A stretch of DNA of 64,000 nt from an uncultured Gammaproteobacteria bacterium (GCA_965231135.1 OZ246419.1:385488-449487), one strand, 5' to 3'. Shown: positions 19,128 to 30,294, counted from the first letter of the stretch. Program-made: numbers and translations. The notes: a model not told the origin generated them from the sequence alone.

Positions 19128-20191
19128 TGCGTATTGGAATTGATATTTCACAAATAATTTATGGAACTGGAGTCTCCTATTACACACGAGAACTCCTTGT
19201 GAATCTTTATAAAATTGACAAAGAAGATCAGTTCATAACCTTTGGAGGGACACTGCGCAGGAAAGAAGAACTTAAACAGTGGACTTCAAATGTTTTGTCG
19301 CTCTCCCCGACCCTGGCTGATTTACTTTGGAATAGATTACATGTTATTGATCCGCAAAAACTTGTTGGAAACTTTGACATACTTCACAGCTCTGATTGGA
19401 CTCAACCTCCAACAAAAGCTTTGAAAGTAACTACAGTACATGATCTGGTGGCTATAAAATTTCCAAATGAAACTCCAAGAAAAATTATCGATGTTCACAA
19501 AAGAAGGCTTTATTGGGTTTTAAAAGAGGTTGATAGAATTATTGTTCCTACCAATCAAACTAAAATAGATTTGATGGAAATAGGGGCAAATGCAGAAAAA
19601 ATAAAAGTAATTTATGAGGGAGTTGGTGAAAACTTTATACGAAGGAGTGAAAAAGAGATTGAATCCGTGAAAATAAAATATCAAATTCATGAGGATTATA
19701 TTTTGACTGTAGGAGTAGGCAAAAGAAAAAATAGTACTAGGTTGATTGAAGCGTTTGAAAAAACTAAAAATAAACACAAATTGGTAATTGTTGGAGGGGG
19801 TAAAAAAATGGATATTGATAATCGAGGAATTATTCATACCGGATATTTGAGCGAGGATGATCTTATCTGTCTTTATAGCGGGGCCAAGGCCCTGGTTTAC
19901 CCTTCGTTATATGAAGGTTTTGGACTGCCGATTTTACAAGCTATGGCATGTGGAGTTCCTGTTGTTACATCAGATATTGGAGCAATGAAAGAAATTGCTG
20001 GAACCAGCGCCATTTTGGTGGATCCGCTGGATATTAATTCTATAAGAGACGGGATTGAAAAAGCCGTAGTTAATCAAAAAACCTTAAGTAAAAAAGGTTA
20101 TAAGCGAGTTAAAGATTTTAGCTGGGAAAAGTGTGCAAAAGAGACTTTAGAGGTTTACCGAGGTATAATATCTCATGATTATCGGCATTGA
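19127..20191 (+). CDS. glycosyltransferase family 4
   Basis: YPSLYEGFGLPILQAMACGVPVVTSD motif. Confidence 0.75.
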   Translation: MRIGIDISQIIYGTGVSYYTRELLVNLYKIDKEDQFITFGGTLRRKEELKQWTSNVLSLSPTLADLLWNRLHVIDPQKLVGNFDILHSSDWTQPPTKALKVTTVHDLVAIKFPNETPRKIIDVHKRRLYWVLKEVDRIIVPTNQTKIDLMEIGANAEKIKVIYEGVGENFIRRSEKEIESVKIKYQIHEDYILTVGVGKRKNSTRLIEAFEKTKNKHKLVIVGGGKKMDIDNRGIIHTGYLSEDDLICLYSGAKALVYPSLYEGFGLPILQAMACGVPVVTSDIGAMKEIAGTSAILVDPLDINSIRDGIEKAVVNQKTLSKKGYKRVKDFSWEKCAKETLEVYRGIISHDYRH

Positions 20192-21293
20192 CGGGAACGA
20201 AGCAAACATAAAAAATCGGGTTGGAGTCAATAAATATGCCTATGAAGTGATTAAAGGTATATACAATTTACTTCCTAAGAATGAAGATCTTATAGTTGTT
20301 GTATATTTGAAAGATAGACCGTTTAGCGATATGCCGAAAGAGAGCAAGAACTTTAAATATAAAGTTTTGTCATCTAGAAAAATGTGGATTTTAACTCGAT
20401 TAACTCCATATTTGCTCAAGAATTCCGATAGACTTGATGTTTTTTTCTCACCAAATCATTATTTACCGCCTTTAATTCCAATCCCAAGCGTTTGTTCAGT
20501 TATGGACCTTGGTTTCTTCGAATTTTCGGCACAATTTACTAAATATGATTTTTGGCAGTTGAAGTACTGGACTGCCATTTCAGTAAATAGATCAAAATAT
20601 GTACTGACTATATCAGAAGCTAGCAAAAAAGATATTATAAAGTATTATAAAAAACCAAGTGAAGGTATTGTGGTTACTTATCCTGGAGTTGATGATTTGA
20701 CAAAAACTCAGATAAGTGATGCAAAAATTGCCAATATTAAAGGCAAATATTCTATAGTTAATGATTATATTTTGTATTTAGGAACTCTTAAACCATCAAA
20801 AAATATAGAAAGCCTGATAACGGCATTTTCTGAAATAAAAAATGATAATTTACAACTTGTTATTGCAGGCAAAAAAGGATGGCTTTATGAAAGTATATTT
20901 TCTTTGGTAAAAAACTTGAATTTGGAGAGAAAAGTAGTGTTTACAGACTTTATTGATGAAAAAGATAAGTTTGCTTTAATTAAAGGTGCAAAAATGTTTG
21001 TGTTACCTTCTTTTTGGGAGGGATTTGGTCTTGATATTTTGACTGCTTTCTCTCTTAATGTGCCGGTTGTAGCAAGCAATGTCGGAAGCTTGCCTGAGGT
21101 TGTTGGGAATGCTGGGTTTTTGATTAATCCAAACAATATTAATTCTATAGCAAATGGTATGGAAAAAGTTCTAAAGATGACTAAAAAAGAATATAATAAT
21201 TTGATAGAGAAGGAAAAAGTGCAGCTTGGTAAATTTTCATGGATAAATATGAGCAAAAAAACAATTGAAGTTTTGAGAAAGGCGGCTAACTAA
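20175..21293 (+). CDS. glycosyltransferase family 4
   Basis: LPSFWEGFGLDILTAFSLNVPVVASN motif. Confidence 0.75.
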   Translation: MIIGIDGNEANIKNRVGVNKYAYEVIKGIYNLLPKNEDLIVVVYLKDRPFSDMPKESKNFKYKVLSSRKMWILTRLTPYLLKNSDRLDVFFSPNHYLPPLIPIPSVCSVMDLGFFEFSAQFTKYDFWQLKYWTAISVNRSKYVLTISEASKKDIIKYYKKPSEGIVVTYPGVDDLTKTQISDAKIANIKGKYSIVNDYILYLGTLKPSKNIESLITAFSEIKNDNLQLVIAGKKGWLYESIFSLVKNLNLERKVVFTDFIDEKDKFALIKGAKMFVLPSFWEGFGLDILTAFSLNVPVVASNVGSLPEVVGNAGFLINPNNINSIANGMEKVLKMTKKEYNNLIEKEKVQLGKFSWINMSKKTIEVLRKAAN

Positions 21294-21297
21294 TAAA

Positions 21298-21894
21298 ATG
21301 TTTCAAGATAAAGATGGAAACAAATTGTCTTCAAATGAGGCTATGAAAAAAATAATTAATAGAGTGAAAAATTATTTTTGGGATTTTGAGTTAATGATTC
21401 TAAGGTGGACAGGACATATACCAATTCATATAGTTCGCAATTTTATCTACCAGATTTTTGGTGTAGAGATTGGAGCCGGATCTAAAATTCATATGCATGC
21501 CAAGTTTTTTGATCAACGAGGAATCAAAATTGGCGTAGATACTATTATTGGAGACGGGGCTTTTATGGATGGGAGAGCTGGACTTATTATTGGAAGTCAT
21601 GTTGACGTTGCAAGTGAAGTAATGTTTTATACATCAGAACATGATTTGGAGAGTGAAACTTTTAAAGCTCGTGAAGAATCTGTGAAAATTGGAGATTATG
21701 TTTTCATAGGGCCAAGAGCAATAATTTTGCCAGGAGTAACTGTAGGAAAAGGGGCTGTTGTTGCAGCTGGGGCTGTTGTAACTAGAGATATTCCAGATTT
21801 TGCAATTGTCGGAGGAATTCCAGCAAAGATTATCGGAGAACGAAAAACACACGATCTTCATTATAAACTTGGAAGGGCAAGACTTTTTCAATGA
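21298..21894 (+). CDS. hexapeptide-repeat (LbH) O-acetyltransferase (WcaF / maltose-galactoside acetyltransferase-like)
   Basis: Repeated [LIV]G..... hexapeptides (IGDYVFIGPRAIILPGVTVGKGAVVAAGAVV). Confidence 0.75.
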   Translation: MFQDKDGNKLSSNEAMKKIINRVKNYFWDFELMILRWTGHIPIHIVRNFIYQIFGVEIGAGSKIHMHAKFFDQRGIKIGVDTIIGDGAFMDGRAGLIIGSHVDVASEVMFYTSEHDLESETFKAREESVKIGDYVFIGPRAIILPGVTVGKGAVVAAGAVVTRDIPDFAIVGGIPAKIIGERKTHDLHYKLGRARLFQ

Positions 21895-22403
21895 GAATTA
21901 CCTTAAAGAAAGTTTTGTATGCATTATTAATTGTTTTTGGGTTATTGTTTTTTGCATATTTGCTTTTACCAACTCCTTTTAAAGATTTTCCAACTCCTCC
22001 GCCAGGATCGGTTCAATCAATGGAAGATGCTGATGTAGAGACACCTTTGAGGCGCGCTTATTTTACAAATTATACACGGGAGGAAGTAATTGCTCACTAC
22101 AAAAATCAATTTAAATATAGACCTTTTACTTTGGAATTAAATTATCCTCCTGAGGATGCACAAACACTTATTCGAGACCAAACGAGAAGTTATTATCTTG
22201 AAGAATTGGCACATCCTTTTCGGGAATCTGTTTATATAAACGGTTTTATTGCAACAAAACCACAGGATGATATTTGGTATAAGGGTGTGCATTATCAGGA
22301 AAAAATTACTATTAAATATGTGCCAACAAGTATTGCTTTAAGAATTGTTTTTGGAGGTCTCACACTTTTGCTTATGGCTTGGATGATTCATGAATATGCC
22401 TGA
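21891..22403 (+). CDS. hypothetical membrane protein (N- and C-terminal TM)
   Basis: ORF in an operon. Hydrophobic segments at both ends. Confidence 0.4.
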   Translation: MRITLKKVLYALLIVFGLLFFAYLLLPTPFKDFPTPPPGSVQSMEDADVETPLRRAYFTNYTREEVIAHYKNQFKYRPFTLELNYPPEDAQTLIRDQTRSYYLEELAHPFRESVYINGFIATKPQDDIWYKGVHYQEKITIKYVPTSIALRIVFGGLTLLLMAWMIHEYA

Positions 22404-23283
22404 TCTATCTACGAAGACGAAGTATTCCGCAGACAAATTTGATTTGTCTATTATTATTGTAAATTTTCATACTGAAGAATTAACGTTAGATTGTATTGAT
22501 TCTGTTATTAAGAATACCAGGGGAATTAAATACGAAATTATTTTGGTTGATAGTGAGACAACTGGAAAAATAAAGATTTCAAAAAATTTTAAACTAATTA
22601 AAAGCAAAACTAATTTAGGGTTTACTGGAGGAAATAATTTGGGAATGAAAGACGCTAAAGGGAAATATATATTGCTTCTTAATTCAGATACCCTAATTCA
22701 TGATAATGTCTTGGGAGAAATGGTTTTGTGGATGAACGGAAATCCAAAAATTGGAATTTCAACATGTGCTTTGAAAAACAAAAACGGAAGTTTGCAAACA
22801 ACTGGTGGATATTTTCCAACTTTACTTAGAGTTTTTTCCTGGATGATAATACAGGATTTACCTTTTGTTGATAATTTTATAAAACCATTTCATCCAAAAA
22901 TAAATTTTTATAATGGAGAAAAGGAACTTGATTGGGTAACTGGTGCATTTTTACTTACTAGAAAGGAAATTGTTGATGAAGTTGGTTCTTTAGATGAAAA
23001 ATATTTTATGTATGTTGAGGATGTGGATTTTTGTTATCGAGTGAAACAAAAAGGCTTCCAAATTATCTATAATCCAAAATGGTCAATAACTCATTTTGGG
23101 GGAGCAAGCAGTGTAAAAGCATTTCCTCTTATTTCTGAAATGAAAAATATTAAAAAGTTTTATGAAAAATTTTACCCAAGCTGGCAACAACTGCCTCTTA
23201 AAATTTTGCTAAAATTAGGATGCCTTTGGAGATTATTTTTAATAAGCCCAAAAATATATGCAAAAGCTTTTATTGAAATTTAA
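22390..23283 (+). CDS. glycosyltransferase family 2
   Basis: LSIIIVNFHTEELTLDCIDSV, LVDSETTG, LLNSDT. Confidence 0.75.
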   Translation: MNMPDLSTKTKYSADKFDLSIIIVNFHTEELTLDCIDSVIKNTRGIKYEIILVDSETTGKIKISKNFKLIKSKTNLGFTGGNNLGMKDAKGKYILLLNSDTLIHDNVLGEMVLWMNGNPKIGISTCALKNKNGSLQTTGGYFPTLLRVFSWMIIQDLPFVDNFIKPFHPKINFYNGEKELDWVTGAFLLTRKEIVDEVGSLDEKYFMYVEDVDFCYRVKQKGFQIIYNPKWSITHFGGASSVKAFPLISEMKNIKKFYEKFYPSWQQLPLKILLKLGCLWRLFLISPKIYAKAFIEI

Positions 23284-24598
23284 AATTGATACATTGTTAA
23301 AATACGGGATCGCTGCAATTTTGATTGCAGTCCCGCTTTATCCAAAATTTCCTTTTATAAATGTCCCTGGAATTTATGTTTCAATTCGCATTGAAGACTT
23401 CCTGATTTTAGTTGTTACTGTGCTTTGGTTTTTAAAAACCTTACCCAATCTTTTTTCTTTATACAAAAATCCAGTTGTAAGAGCAATTATTTTATTTTTG
23501 GCTACAGGATTTTTGGCAACACTTCTTGGCGTTGTATTTTTAAACACCGCAACTGCTTTGGTTGGATTTTTAGAATGGGCGAGAAGAGTTGAATACTTGC
23601 TTGGCTTTTTTATTGCATTTACAACTTTAAAATCAATAAAAGATTTGGAATTTTATATGAAATGTATTGGAATAGTTTTGGCAATTGTTTTTGTTGTTGG
23701 CCTTGCTCAAAAATATTTTAATTTCCCAGTTATTACTACACAAAACAGTGAATATTCAAAAGGAATTGCTTTAAGATATGTTCCTGGTACACAACTTGTT
23801 TCAACTTTTGCAGGGCACTATGACTTGGCAAGTTATATTTTAATTACAAGCCCGATACTTCTTGGAATATTTTTTGTAGTTAAGAAAAATTGGCAGAAGA
23901 TAATTGTGTTTTTGCTTATTGCAACTTCTTTTTGGCTCATGATAAATGCGGCAAGCAGAATTACAGCTGTTGCTTATGTACTTGCGATGTCGATCACTTT
24001 AGTGGTGCTTCGAAAAACTAAATATATATTAATAATAGTTGTTGCGACAATTGTTTTTGCATTTGCCACAAGCAATTTGTTTGATAGGTATTTAAATATT
24101 TTTAACGCAATAAAAGATAGACTTAGTGATTTAATAATTAGACCTGTTTATGCACAAGGAGAAGTTTTAAGCGCGCAAGCGCCAGTACAGGACTTATCAA
24201 CCTCTATAAGGCTAAATGTTGAATGGCCTCGTGCTATTCGAGCTTTTTTGAAAGATCCGCTTTTGGGAACAGGATATGCATCTGCAACTCTTGCAACTGA
24301 TAATGATTATTTGCGTGCGCTTGCGGAAACAGGAGCACTTGGGGCAATAACTTTTTTTGTTGTTTTTTTTAGAATTACAAAAGATTTAATTATGAAATCC
24401 TGGCCAAAGGGAATTCTAAGCAAAAAGCAAATCAACTTCCGAACTGCATATTTGGCTGGAGTAATTGGTATAATTCCTGCAGTTTTACTAAACGCAGTTT
24501 TTATTGATATTTTTGAAGCGAGTAAATTTGCGATTCCGTTTTGGTTTTTGATTGGATTTGCGATGGCAATTTTATACAATGCGAAAAACTTTGAATAA
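23258..24598 (+). CDS. O-antigen ligase / polymerase family membrane protein (Wzy/WaaL-like)
   Basis: About 10 TM helices with a late periplasmic loop and a following ETGALGAITFFVVFF segment, as in O-antigen ligase family proteins. Confidence 0.5.
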   Translation: MQKLLLKFKIDTLLKYGIAAILIAVPLYPKFPFINVPGIYVSIRIEDFLILVVTVLWFLKTLPNLFSLYKNPVVRAIILFLATGFLATLLGVVFLNTATALVGFLEWARRVEYLLGFFIAFTTLKSIKDLEFYMKCIGIVLAIVFVVGLAQKYFNFPVITTQNSEYSKGIALRYVPGTQLVSTFAGHYDLASYILITSPILLGIFFVVKKNWQKIIVFLLIATSFWLMINAASRITAVAYVLAMSITLVVLRKTKYILIIVVATIVFAFATSNLFDRYLNIFNAIKDRLSDLIIRPVYAQGEVLSAQAPVQDLSTSIRLNVEWPRAIRAFLKDPLLGTGYASATLATDNDYLRALAETGALGAITFFVVFFRITKDLIMKSWPKGILSKKQINFRTAYLAGVIGIIPAVLLNAVFIDIFEASKFAIPFWFLIGFAMAILYNAKNFE

Positions 24599-26054
24599 AT
24601 TATTAAAAATTGGCGATTCGAGAATAATTGAAGTAGCGTGTTTACTTCTTATTCTTATTGGAGCATTTGGAGTAAGACTTTATAAAATAGACAATCCTCT
24701 TGATGATTGGCACTCATGGAGACAAGCTGACACGGTTTCTGTTTCTCAGGTTTATGTAGATCAGGGGATAAATTTATTAAAACCCAGATATTATGATATT
24801 TCATCGACACAAACAGGTTATTTTAATCCACAAGGATTAAGGTTTGTAGAATTTCCAATTTATAACTTAATAAATGTTGTTTTATTTGAAACACTGCATC
24901 ACTTTTCTTTGGAAGTTTGGGCGAGACTTATTTCCGTAGTTAGCGCGGTTGGATCCAGTTTTTTTATTTATTTAATCGGAAAAAGATTTTTGGGAAAACT
25001 GGGAGGACTTGCATCGGCATTTTTTTATGCATTTATTCCATATAATATTTATTTCACTCGCGTAATTTTGCCCGAGCCGATGGCGGTTTTTGTAACACTT
25101 GCTTCACTCTGGTTTTTCATGATCTTCTTAGATCACAAGAAAAATTATTTATTTTTCTTATTGTTGTCTGCGATATTTTTAGCAATTGGAATGCTTTTGA
25201 AACCGTTTGTTGCATTTTACTTTCCGGTTTATTTGTATTTATTAATTAAAAAACATGGACTGAAAGTTTTTTGGACAAATGTTTGGATTTATATTTATCT
25301 GGCATTAGCGTTAGTTCCATTTTTTCTTTGGAGAGCCTGGATGGATAGCGGTACCAATTTTATAGGAATTCCCTTTTTCGTCTGGCTATTAAACGGAAAT
25401 GGAATTCGTTTTAGACCTGCATGGTTCCGGTGGATTTTTGGAACAAGATTAGGAGATTTAATTTTGGGAGTTTGGGGATTGCCGCTTTTCGCCTTCGGCG
25501 TCCTGAAGCGCAAAAATTTGCCAATAATTTTGATGGCGACTGGAATGCTTCTTTATGTTGCTGTTGTAGCCGATGGGAATGTGCAGCATGATTATTACCA
25601 AACGCAAACTATTCCAGCAATTTGTTTGATGCTTGCTTCAGGAATTGTGTTTTTGTTTGAACAGAAATTTAACAAATTAGTTGTTGCTGGATTTGTTGGA
25701 TTTTGTACTTTGATGATGCTAGGGATGGGATGGTTTGGAATTTCTGGAGATTATCAAATTAACCATTATGAAATTATTGTTGCAGGGATGGAAGCAAATA
25801 AAATTTTGCCCAAAAATGCAAAAGTAATTGCTCCATATAACGGAGACACGACTTTTCTTTATCAGACAAAAAGATTTGGTTGGCCAGTAGTTGACGATGA
25901 TATTAAAAATATGATTAAAGACGGGGCAGACTATTATATAAGCGTAAATTACGATAATGATACAAATAATTTGTTGAAGCAATATAAAGCAATTGAGCAA
26001 AATCCAACTTTTGTGATTATTGATTTACATCAACTAATACAGAGAAATAAATAA
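24552..26054 (+). CDS. GT-C membrane glycosyltransferase, ArnT/PMT (GT39)-like
   Basis: A 500-aa multi-TM protein. Early loop motif DDWHSWRQADT. The start is uncertain (24552 or 24579). Confidence 0.5.
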   Translation: MDLRWQFYTMRKTLNKLLKIGDSRIIEVACLLLILIGAFGVRLYKIDNPLDDWHSWRQADTVSVSQVYVDQGINLLKPRYYDISSTQTGYFNPQGLRFVEFPIYNLINVVLFETLHHFSLEVWARLISVVSAVGSSFFIYLIGKRFLGKLGGLASAFFYAFIPYNIYFTRVILPEPMAVFVTLASLWFFMIFLDHKKNYLFFLLLSAIFLAIGMLLKPFVAFYFPVYLYLLIKKHGLKVFWTNVWIYIYLALALVPFFLWRAWMDSGTNFIGIPFFVWLLNGNGIRFRPAWFRWIFGTRLGDLILGVWGLPLFAFGVLKRKNLPIILMATGMLLYVAVVADGNVQHDYYQTQTIPAICLMLASGIVFLFEQKFNKLVVAGFVGFCTLMMLGMGWFGISGDYQINHYEIIVAGMEANKILPKNAKVIAPYNGDTTFLYQTKRFGWPVVDDDIKNMIKDGADYYISVNYDNDTNNLLKQYKAIEQNPTFVIIDLHQLIQRNK

Positions 26055-26064
26055 TTGTTATTTT

Positions 26065-26592
26065 TTACTTCTGAAGTTTCTTTATACGTTCTTGTTGATC
26101 TAAAACACGTACTGCTGCTAATCTATGTTCTACTTCTAATCCTTTTAATTTCGACTCATACATAAATAACGCAATATAGTGTGCTTCAAGCGGTATTTCT
26201 GATAACATTTGTTCCATTTGGTTTATGGACTCGGACATTGTAGTTATTTCATTTGCTGGTTTTTGATTAATAATTGCATAATCTCTATTTGCCTTTGCCT
26301 TTTGTAAACTTTCTAAAGATTGATATGTGTGTATACCAAGCATAATTTTACGTTCTCTTTCTGCTTTTTCTTGATCGTTTTTGTTTGAGTAAGAGTTTAA
26401 TAACTCCTCGTGATATTGTAGAGGATAACTTAATACAGCAGCCAGTGCTTCATCAAAGTCGCGACCTGATGGTTCGATTGGTCTTGTTCGATGATTTTTT
26501 TGTGCAGCAGCTAAATCATCGGGATAAGAAGCTTTTTCATCTTGAAGTCTCCATAAATGTTCTGCATGTCTTCGGAGGTATTCTTGTGCCAT
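26065..26592 (-). CDS. hypothetical protein, possibly DinB/YfiT-like helical metal-binding protein
   Basis: Largely helical and His-rich (HAEHLW, GIHTY, EAHYIALFMYE). It is the only non-glycan gene in this stretch and lies on the opposite strand, convergent with the upstream gene. Confidence 0.3.
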   Translation of the reverse strand: MAQEYLRRHAEHLWRLQDEKASYPDDLAAAQKNHRTRPIEPSGRDFDEALAAVLSYPLQYHEELLNSYSNKNDQEKAERERKIMLGIHTYQSLESLQKAKANRDYAIINQKPANEITTMSESINQMEQMLSEIPLEAHYIALFMYESKLKGLEVEHRLAAVRVLDQQERIKKLQK

Positions 26593-26645
26593 ATTTCATA
26601 TTATAAGACACTTTTTGTAATTGTCAATTTGATATACTTAAGTTA

Positions 26646-27836
26646 ATGAAGATATTAATGCTAGTGCCGTTTTTGCCCAATACTGAAACTTCAGGTGGGC
26701 AGACGAGATGGTATAACATTGTAAAATTTTTAAGTGAAAAACATGAGATTACTTTATTTTCTTTAATAAAAGATGAAAGTGAGCGCAAATATATTCCTGA
26801 ACTTCTTAAGTATTGTAAAAAAGTGGAAGTATTTTCTCGCCCAAAATCTCCTTGGACTTTTCGCAATTTATTTTTAAGTATTTTTTCTCCATTTCCGCTT
26901 CTTTTAATTCGTAATTTCTCATTTGCTGAAAGATCAGCTGTTGCAAAAGAACTTCAAGATGGAAATTATGATTTGATTCATGCTGAAGCTTTTTATGTTA
27001 TGCCGCATATTCCTAAAACTTCAACTCCTTCAATTCAAGTTGAGCAAACAATTTGGCATAAAGTATACGAGCATCATGTAAAAACGGAAGTAAACTCACT
27101 ACTCAGGCCGTTTTTTATGATTGATGTTTACAAGTTAAAATTTTGGGAAATATATTTTTGGAAAAAGGCTACGAAACTTTTAACAGTTTCGCCTGATGAT
27201 AAAATAATTATGGAAAAATTAATTCCTGGAACAATAGTTGATGTCATTCCAAACGGAGTTGATGCAAAATATTACTCAGACAAAAAAGTGGAGAAAAAAA
27301 TTCCTCAAAGAGTGATGTACGGCGTTACTAACTTTGAATGGTTGCAAAACCGTGAAGCTGCTGAGACATTAATAAATAATGTCTGGCCAAAAATACATGA
27401 AAAATATGATAATGCGAAACTTTGGATTGTTGGGAGATTGATTCCCAAGTCAATTTCTGAAAATAGTGACATTGAAGTTACGGAATCAATTCCTGATGCA
27501 AGGGACGCTTATTTATCTGCGAGCATTATGGTTGCTCCAATTCGGGGAAGCGGGGGAACACGACTTAAAATATTAGAGGCAATGGCTGCCGGGTTGCCGG
27601 TTGTATCAACAAGTATTGGAGTGGCAGGGCTTAACTTAATAAATAATAAACATGCGATAATAGTTGATAGCAACGAAGGACTTGCAAAAGAAGCGGTAAG
27701 ATTACTTAACGATAAAAATTTAAGAAATAAAATTGGAAAAGCTGGACAAGAATTTGTACGCAAAAATTATGACTGGAAATCTATAGTAAAATTACATGAG
27801 CCAATCTATGCAGAAATTGTCAATCGTCATTCTTAA
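26646..27836 (+). CDS. glycosyltransferase family 4
   Basis: GSGGTRLKILEAMAAGLPVVST motif. Confidence 0.75.
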   Translation: MKILMLVPFLPNTETSGGQTRWYNIVKFLSEKHEITLFSLIKDESERKYIPELLKYCKKVEVFSRPKSPWTFRNLFLSIFSPFPLLLIRNFSFAERSAVAKELQDGNYDLIHAEAFYVMPHIPKTSTPSIQVEQTIWHKVYEHHVKTEVNSLLRPFFMIDVYKLKFWEIYFWKKATKLLTVSPDDKIIMEKLIPGTIVDVIPNGVDAKYYSDKKVEKKIPQRVMYGVTNFEWLQNREAAETLINNVWPKIHEKYDNAKLWIVGRLIPKSISENSDIEVTESIPDARDAYLSASIMVAPIRGSGGTRLKILEAMAAGLPVVSTSIGVAGLNLINNKHAIIVDSNEGLAKEAVRLLNDKNLRNKIGKAGQEFVRKNYDWKSIVKLHEPIYAEIVNRHS

Positions 27837-28656
27837 TTTTAATACAAAAGAATTAACTCAAAAGTGTGTTGATTCTATTATCGGAAACACTAAGGGAATT
27901 AGTTATGAAATTGTTGTTGTAGATAATGGTAGTGATGAAAAAATTCCTAAATCCAAAAATTACAAATTGATTGAAAGCAATATTAATTTGGGATTTGCTG
28001 GAGGAAATAACCTTGCAAGGAATTATGTGAAAGGTGAATATGTTTTGTTTTTAAATTCTGACACAGAAGTTTACAAAGATAGCATAAGTGAGTGTTTAAA
28101 ATATTTTGAATTACATGACGAAATTGGAGCGCTTACCTGTAAAACTGTTTTACCAAACGGAAAACCTGACCGTGATGCAAGGAGAAGTTTCCCGACGCCA
28201 TTTGTTGCACTTACACATTTCAGTGGTTTAGACAAAGTTTTTCCAAAATCTAAAATCTTTGCAAAATACTGGTATGGATATAAATCTCCTGATGAAATTC
28301 AGGAAGTTGATGCAATTCAAGGAGCATTCTTTTTAGTAAAAAAAGAAACTTTGGACAAAGTTGATTGGTTTAGCGAGGAATATTTTTTAGATGGAGAGGA
28401 TATTGATTTAAGTTTTAAAATTAAATCTTTAGGGAAAGAAATAATTTATTATCCAAAAGTTTCAATACTTCATATTAAAAAAGCTTCTAAGAAAAAAAGA
28501 TCTTTAAAATCAAAAATGGCTGGCGTAAATTCTATGGAGATTTTTTATAAAAAGTTTTTATGGCAAAGATATGATTTAATTTTAAATTTAATTGTAGTTT
28601 TTGCTATTTATTTACTCAAAACTTTGAGATTTGGAAAAGCAATAATTGGAAGATGA
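27796..28656 (+). CDS. glycosyltransferase family 2
   Basis: LSIVILNFNTKELTQKCVDSI, VVDNGSDE, LNSDT. The likely start is at the MQKLSIV methionine. Confidence 0.75.
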   Translation: MSQSMQKLSIVILNFNTKELTQKCVDSIIGNTKGISYEIVVVDNGSDEKIPKSKNYKLIESNINLGFAGGNNLARNYVKGEYVLFLNSDTEVYKDSISECLKYFELHDEIGALTCKTVLPNGKPDRDARRSFPTPFVALTHFSGLDKVFPKSKIFAKYWYGYKSPDEIQEVDAIQGAFFLVKKETLDKVDWFSEEYFLDGEDIDLSFKIKSLGKEIIYYPKVSILHIKKASKKKRSLKSKMAGVNSMEIFYKKFLWQRYDLILNLIVVFAIYLLKTLRFGKAIIGR

Positions 28657-29794
28657 TATGAGAATTCTAATAGATGCTAGATTTTACGGACTTGAAAATG
28701 CAGGACTTGGAAGATATACAATTAATTTATTAGAGCAGTTACAAAGATTAGACAAAACAAATCAATACATTATTTTACTTCGAAAAAAATATTTTGATAA
28801 TTTAAATTTTAATAAAAATTTTGAAAAAGTAATTGTAGATATTCCCCATTATTCATTAAAAGAACACTTGGAATTATCAAAAATTATTGAAAAACAAAAT
28901 CCGGATTTGGTCCATTTTTTGCATTTTAATGCGCCACTTAATTTTAATGGGAAATTTATTGTGACGATTCATGATATGACTATGCATTCTCAAAAAACTA
29001 ATGCCAGTAATTTATCCTTGCCAAAATATTTTGTAAAACATTTTATTTATAAAAAAGTTTTTAATCATGCAATTAAATCCTCTGAAAAAATAATTGTCCC
29101 AAGTGAGTTTGTAAAAGATGAATTAATTAAGAATTTTAAAATTGAGAAAACGAAAGTGAAAGTTATTTATGAAGGTATTTCACAATTAAGCTCACACAAA
29201 AATTTTGAAAATCTTCGGATCTCGACTTCGTCGCCAGATTTATCAAAATTTTCTTCCGTTCGCTTAGATAAACTTTATTTTTTATATGTTGGGAATGTGT
29301 ATCCTCACAAAAATTTGGAAATTGCGATAAAAGCTTTTGCCAATATGAAAATTAATTTTATTATTGTTACAAAGAAAAATAATTTCAGGGTAAGACTTGA
29401 AAAATTAGTGGATAAATTAAATGCTCAAAAATATATTTTATTTTTAGAGAATATGACAGATGAAAATTTAAAAGAATTGTATGAAAAATCTGTTGGATTT
29501 ATTTACCCAAGTTTGTCAGAAGGGTTCGGACTTCAAGGGCTAGAAGCGATGAACGTTGGAACTATTTTGCTATGTTCGTCGATTCCTGTTTTTAGAGAAA
29601 TTTACGGAAATCATGCAGTTTATTTTGATCCTGTTGATCAGAAATCAATCGAGAATGCAATAGAGCAAACAATGAAATTAACAAAACAAAACGCAGAAAA
29701 AATGATAAGAGAAAACAAAAAGTTTATAACGAGATATTCCTGGGAAAAGATGGCAAAGGAAACTTTGGAAGTTTACGAACAGTATGATAATTAA
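28646..29794 (+). CDS. glycosyltransferase family 4
   Basis: YPSLSEGFGLQGLEAMNVGTILLCSS motif. Confidence 0.7.
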   Translation: MEDDMRILIDARFYGLENAGLGRYTINLLEQLQRLDKTNQYIILLRKKYFDNLNFNKNFEKVIVDIPHYSLKEHLELSKIIEKQNPDLVHFLHFNAPLNFNGKFIVTIHDMTMHSQKTNASNLSLPKYFVKHFIYKKVFNHAIKSSEKIIVPSEFVKDELIKNFKIEKTKVKVIYEGISQLSSHKNFENLRISTSSPDLSKFSSVRLDKLYFLYVGNVYPHKNLEIAIKAFANMKINFIIVTKKNNFRVRLEKLVDKLNAQKYILFLENMTDENLKELYEKSVGFIYPSLSEGFGLQGLEAMNVGTILLCSSIPVFREIYGNHAVYFDPVDQKSIENAIEQTMKLTKQNAEKMIRENKKFITRYSWEKMAKETLEVYEQYDN

Positions 29795-30294
29795 ATGTAG
29801 GTTAATTTTAAATTTGGAACGCTACTTGGTATAAAAATGTTTGCTGCTTTTTGTGCCAGGAATTTTTCTAAAGGAAGTGTTCCGTATAAAAGTGACGAAT
29901 CATCGGCATTTGGTACTGCAATTGAAGTTTGCATGTAATCTGCAAATCTTTGCTGAATTATTTTTTTTCGAGAGGGATCGATTACAATAGTTGGAATTTC
30001 ATTTAGATCAATATCACAAAGAGTAACATGATAGCTGAATCCTCTTGGACACTCTCTGCAAAAAGATTTTTTAAACTCGGCTTTGTTATAAAGTCTAAAA
30101 TTTCCAGATCCGCTAATTAATACTAATATATAGCTTGGTAATTGTAGATCTGGATTTTTTATAAAATTTAAAATGTTTTGTTCGCACGACATAGGAATAT
30201 TATAGTATAGTATGGCTTCTAGATGAAAATTGCTGTTGTTTATGATCGAGTAAATAAATTTGGAGGAGCGGAGAGAGTTTTGCTTGCTCTTCAT
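29791..30294 (-). CDS. hypothetical protein
   Basis: 167-aa ORF on the minus strand. Its 5' end overlaps the start of the downstream GT4 gene; an internal start at about 30192 is possible. No recognisable motif. Confidence 0.3.
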   Translation of the reverse strand: MKSKQNSLRSSKFIYSIINNSNFHLEAILYYNIPMSCEQNILNFIKNPDLQLPSYILVLISGSGNFRLYNKAEFKKSFCRECPRGFSYHVTLCDIDLNEIPTIVIDPSRKKIIQQRFADYMQTSIAVPNADDSSLLYGTLPLEKFLAQKAANIFIPSSVPNLKLTYI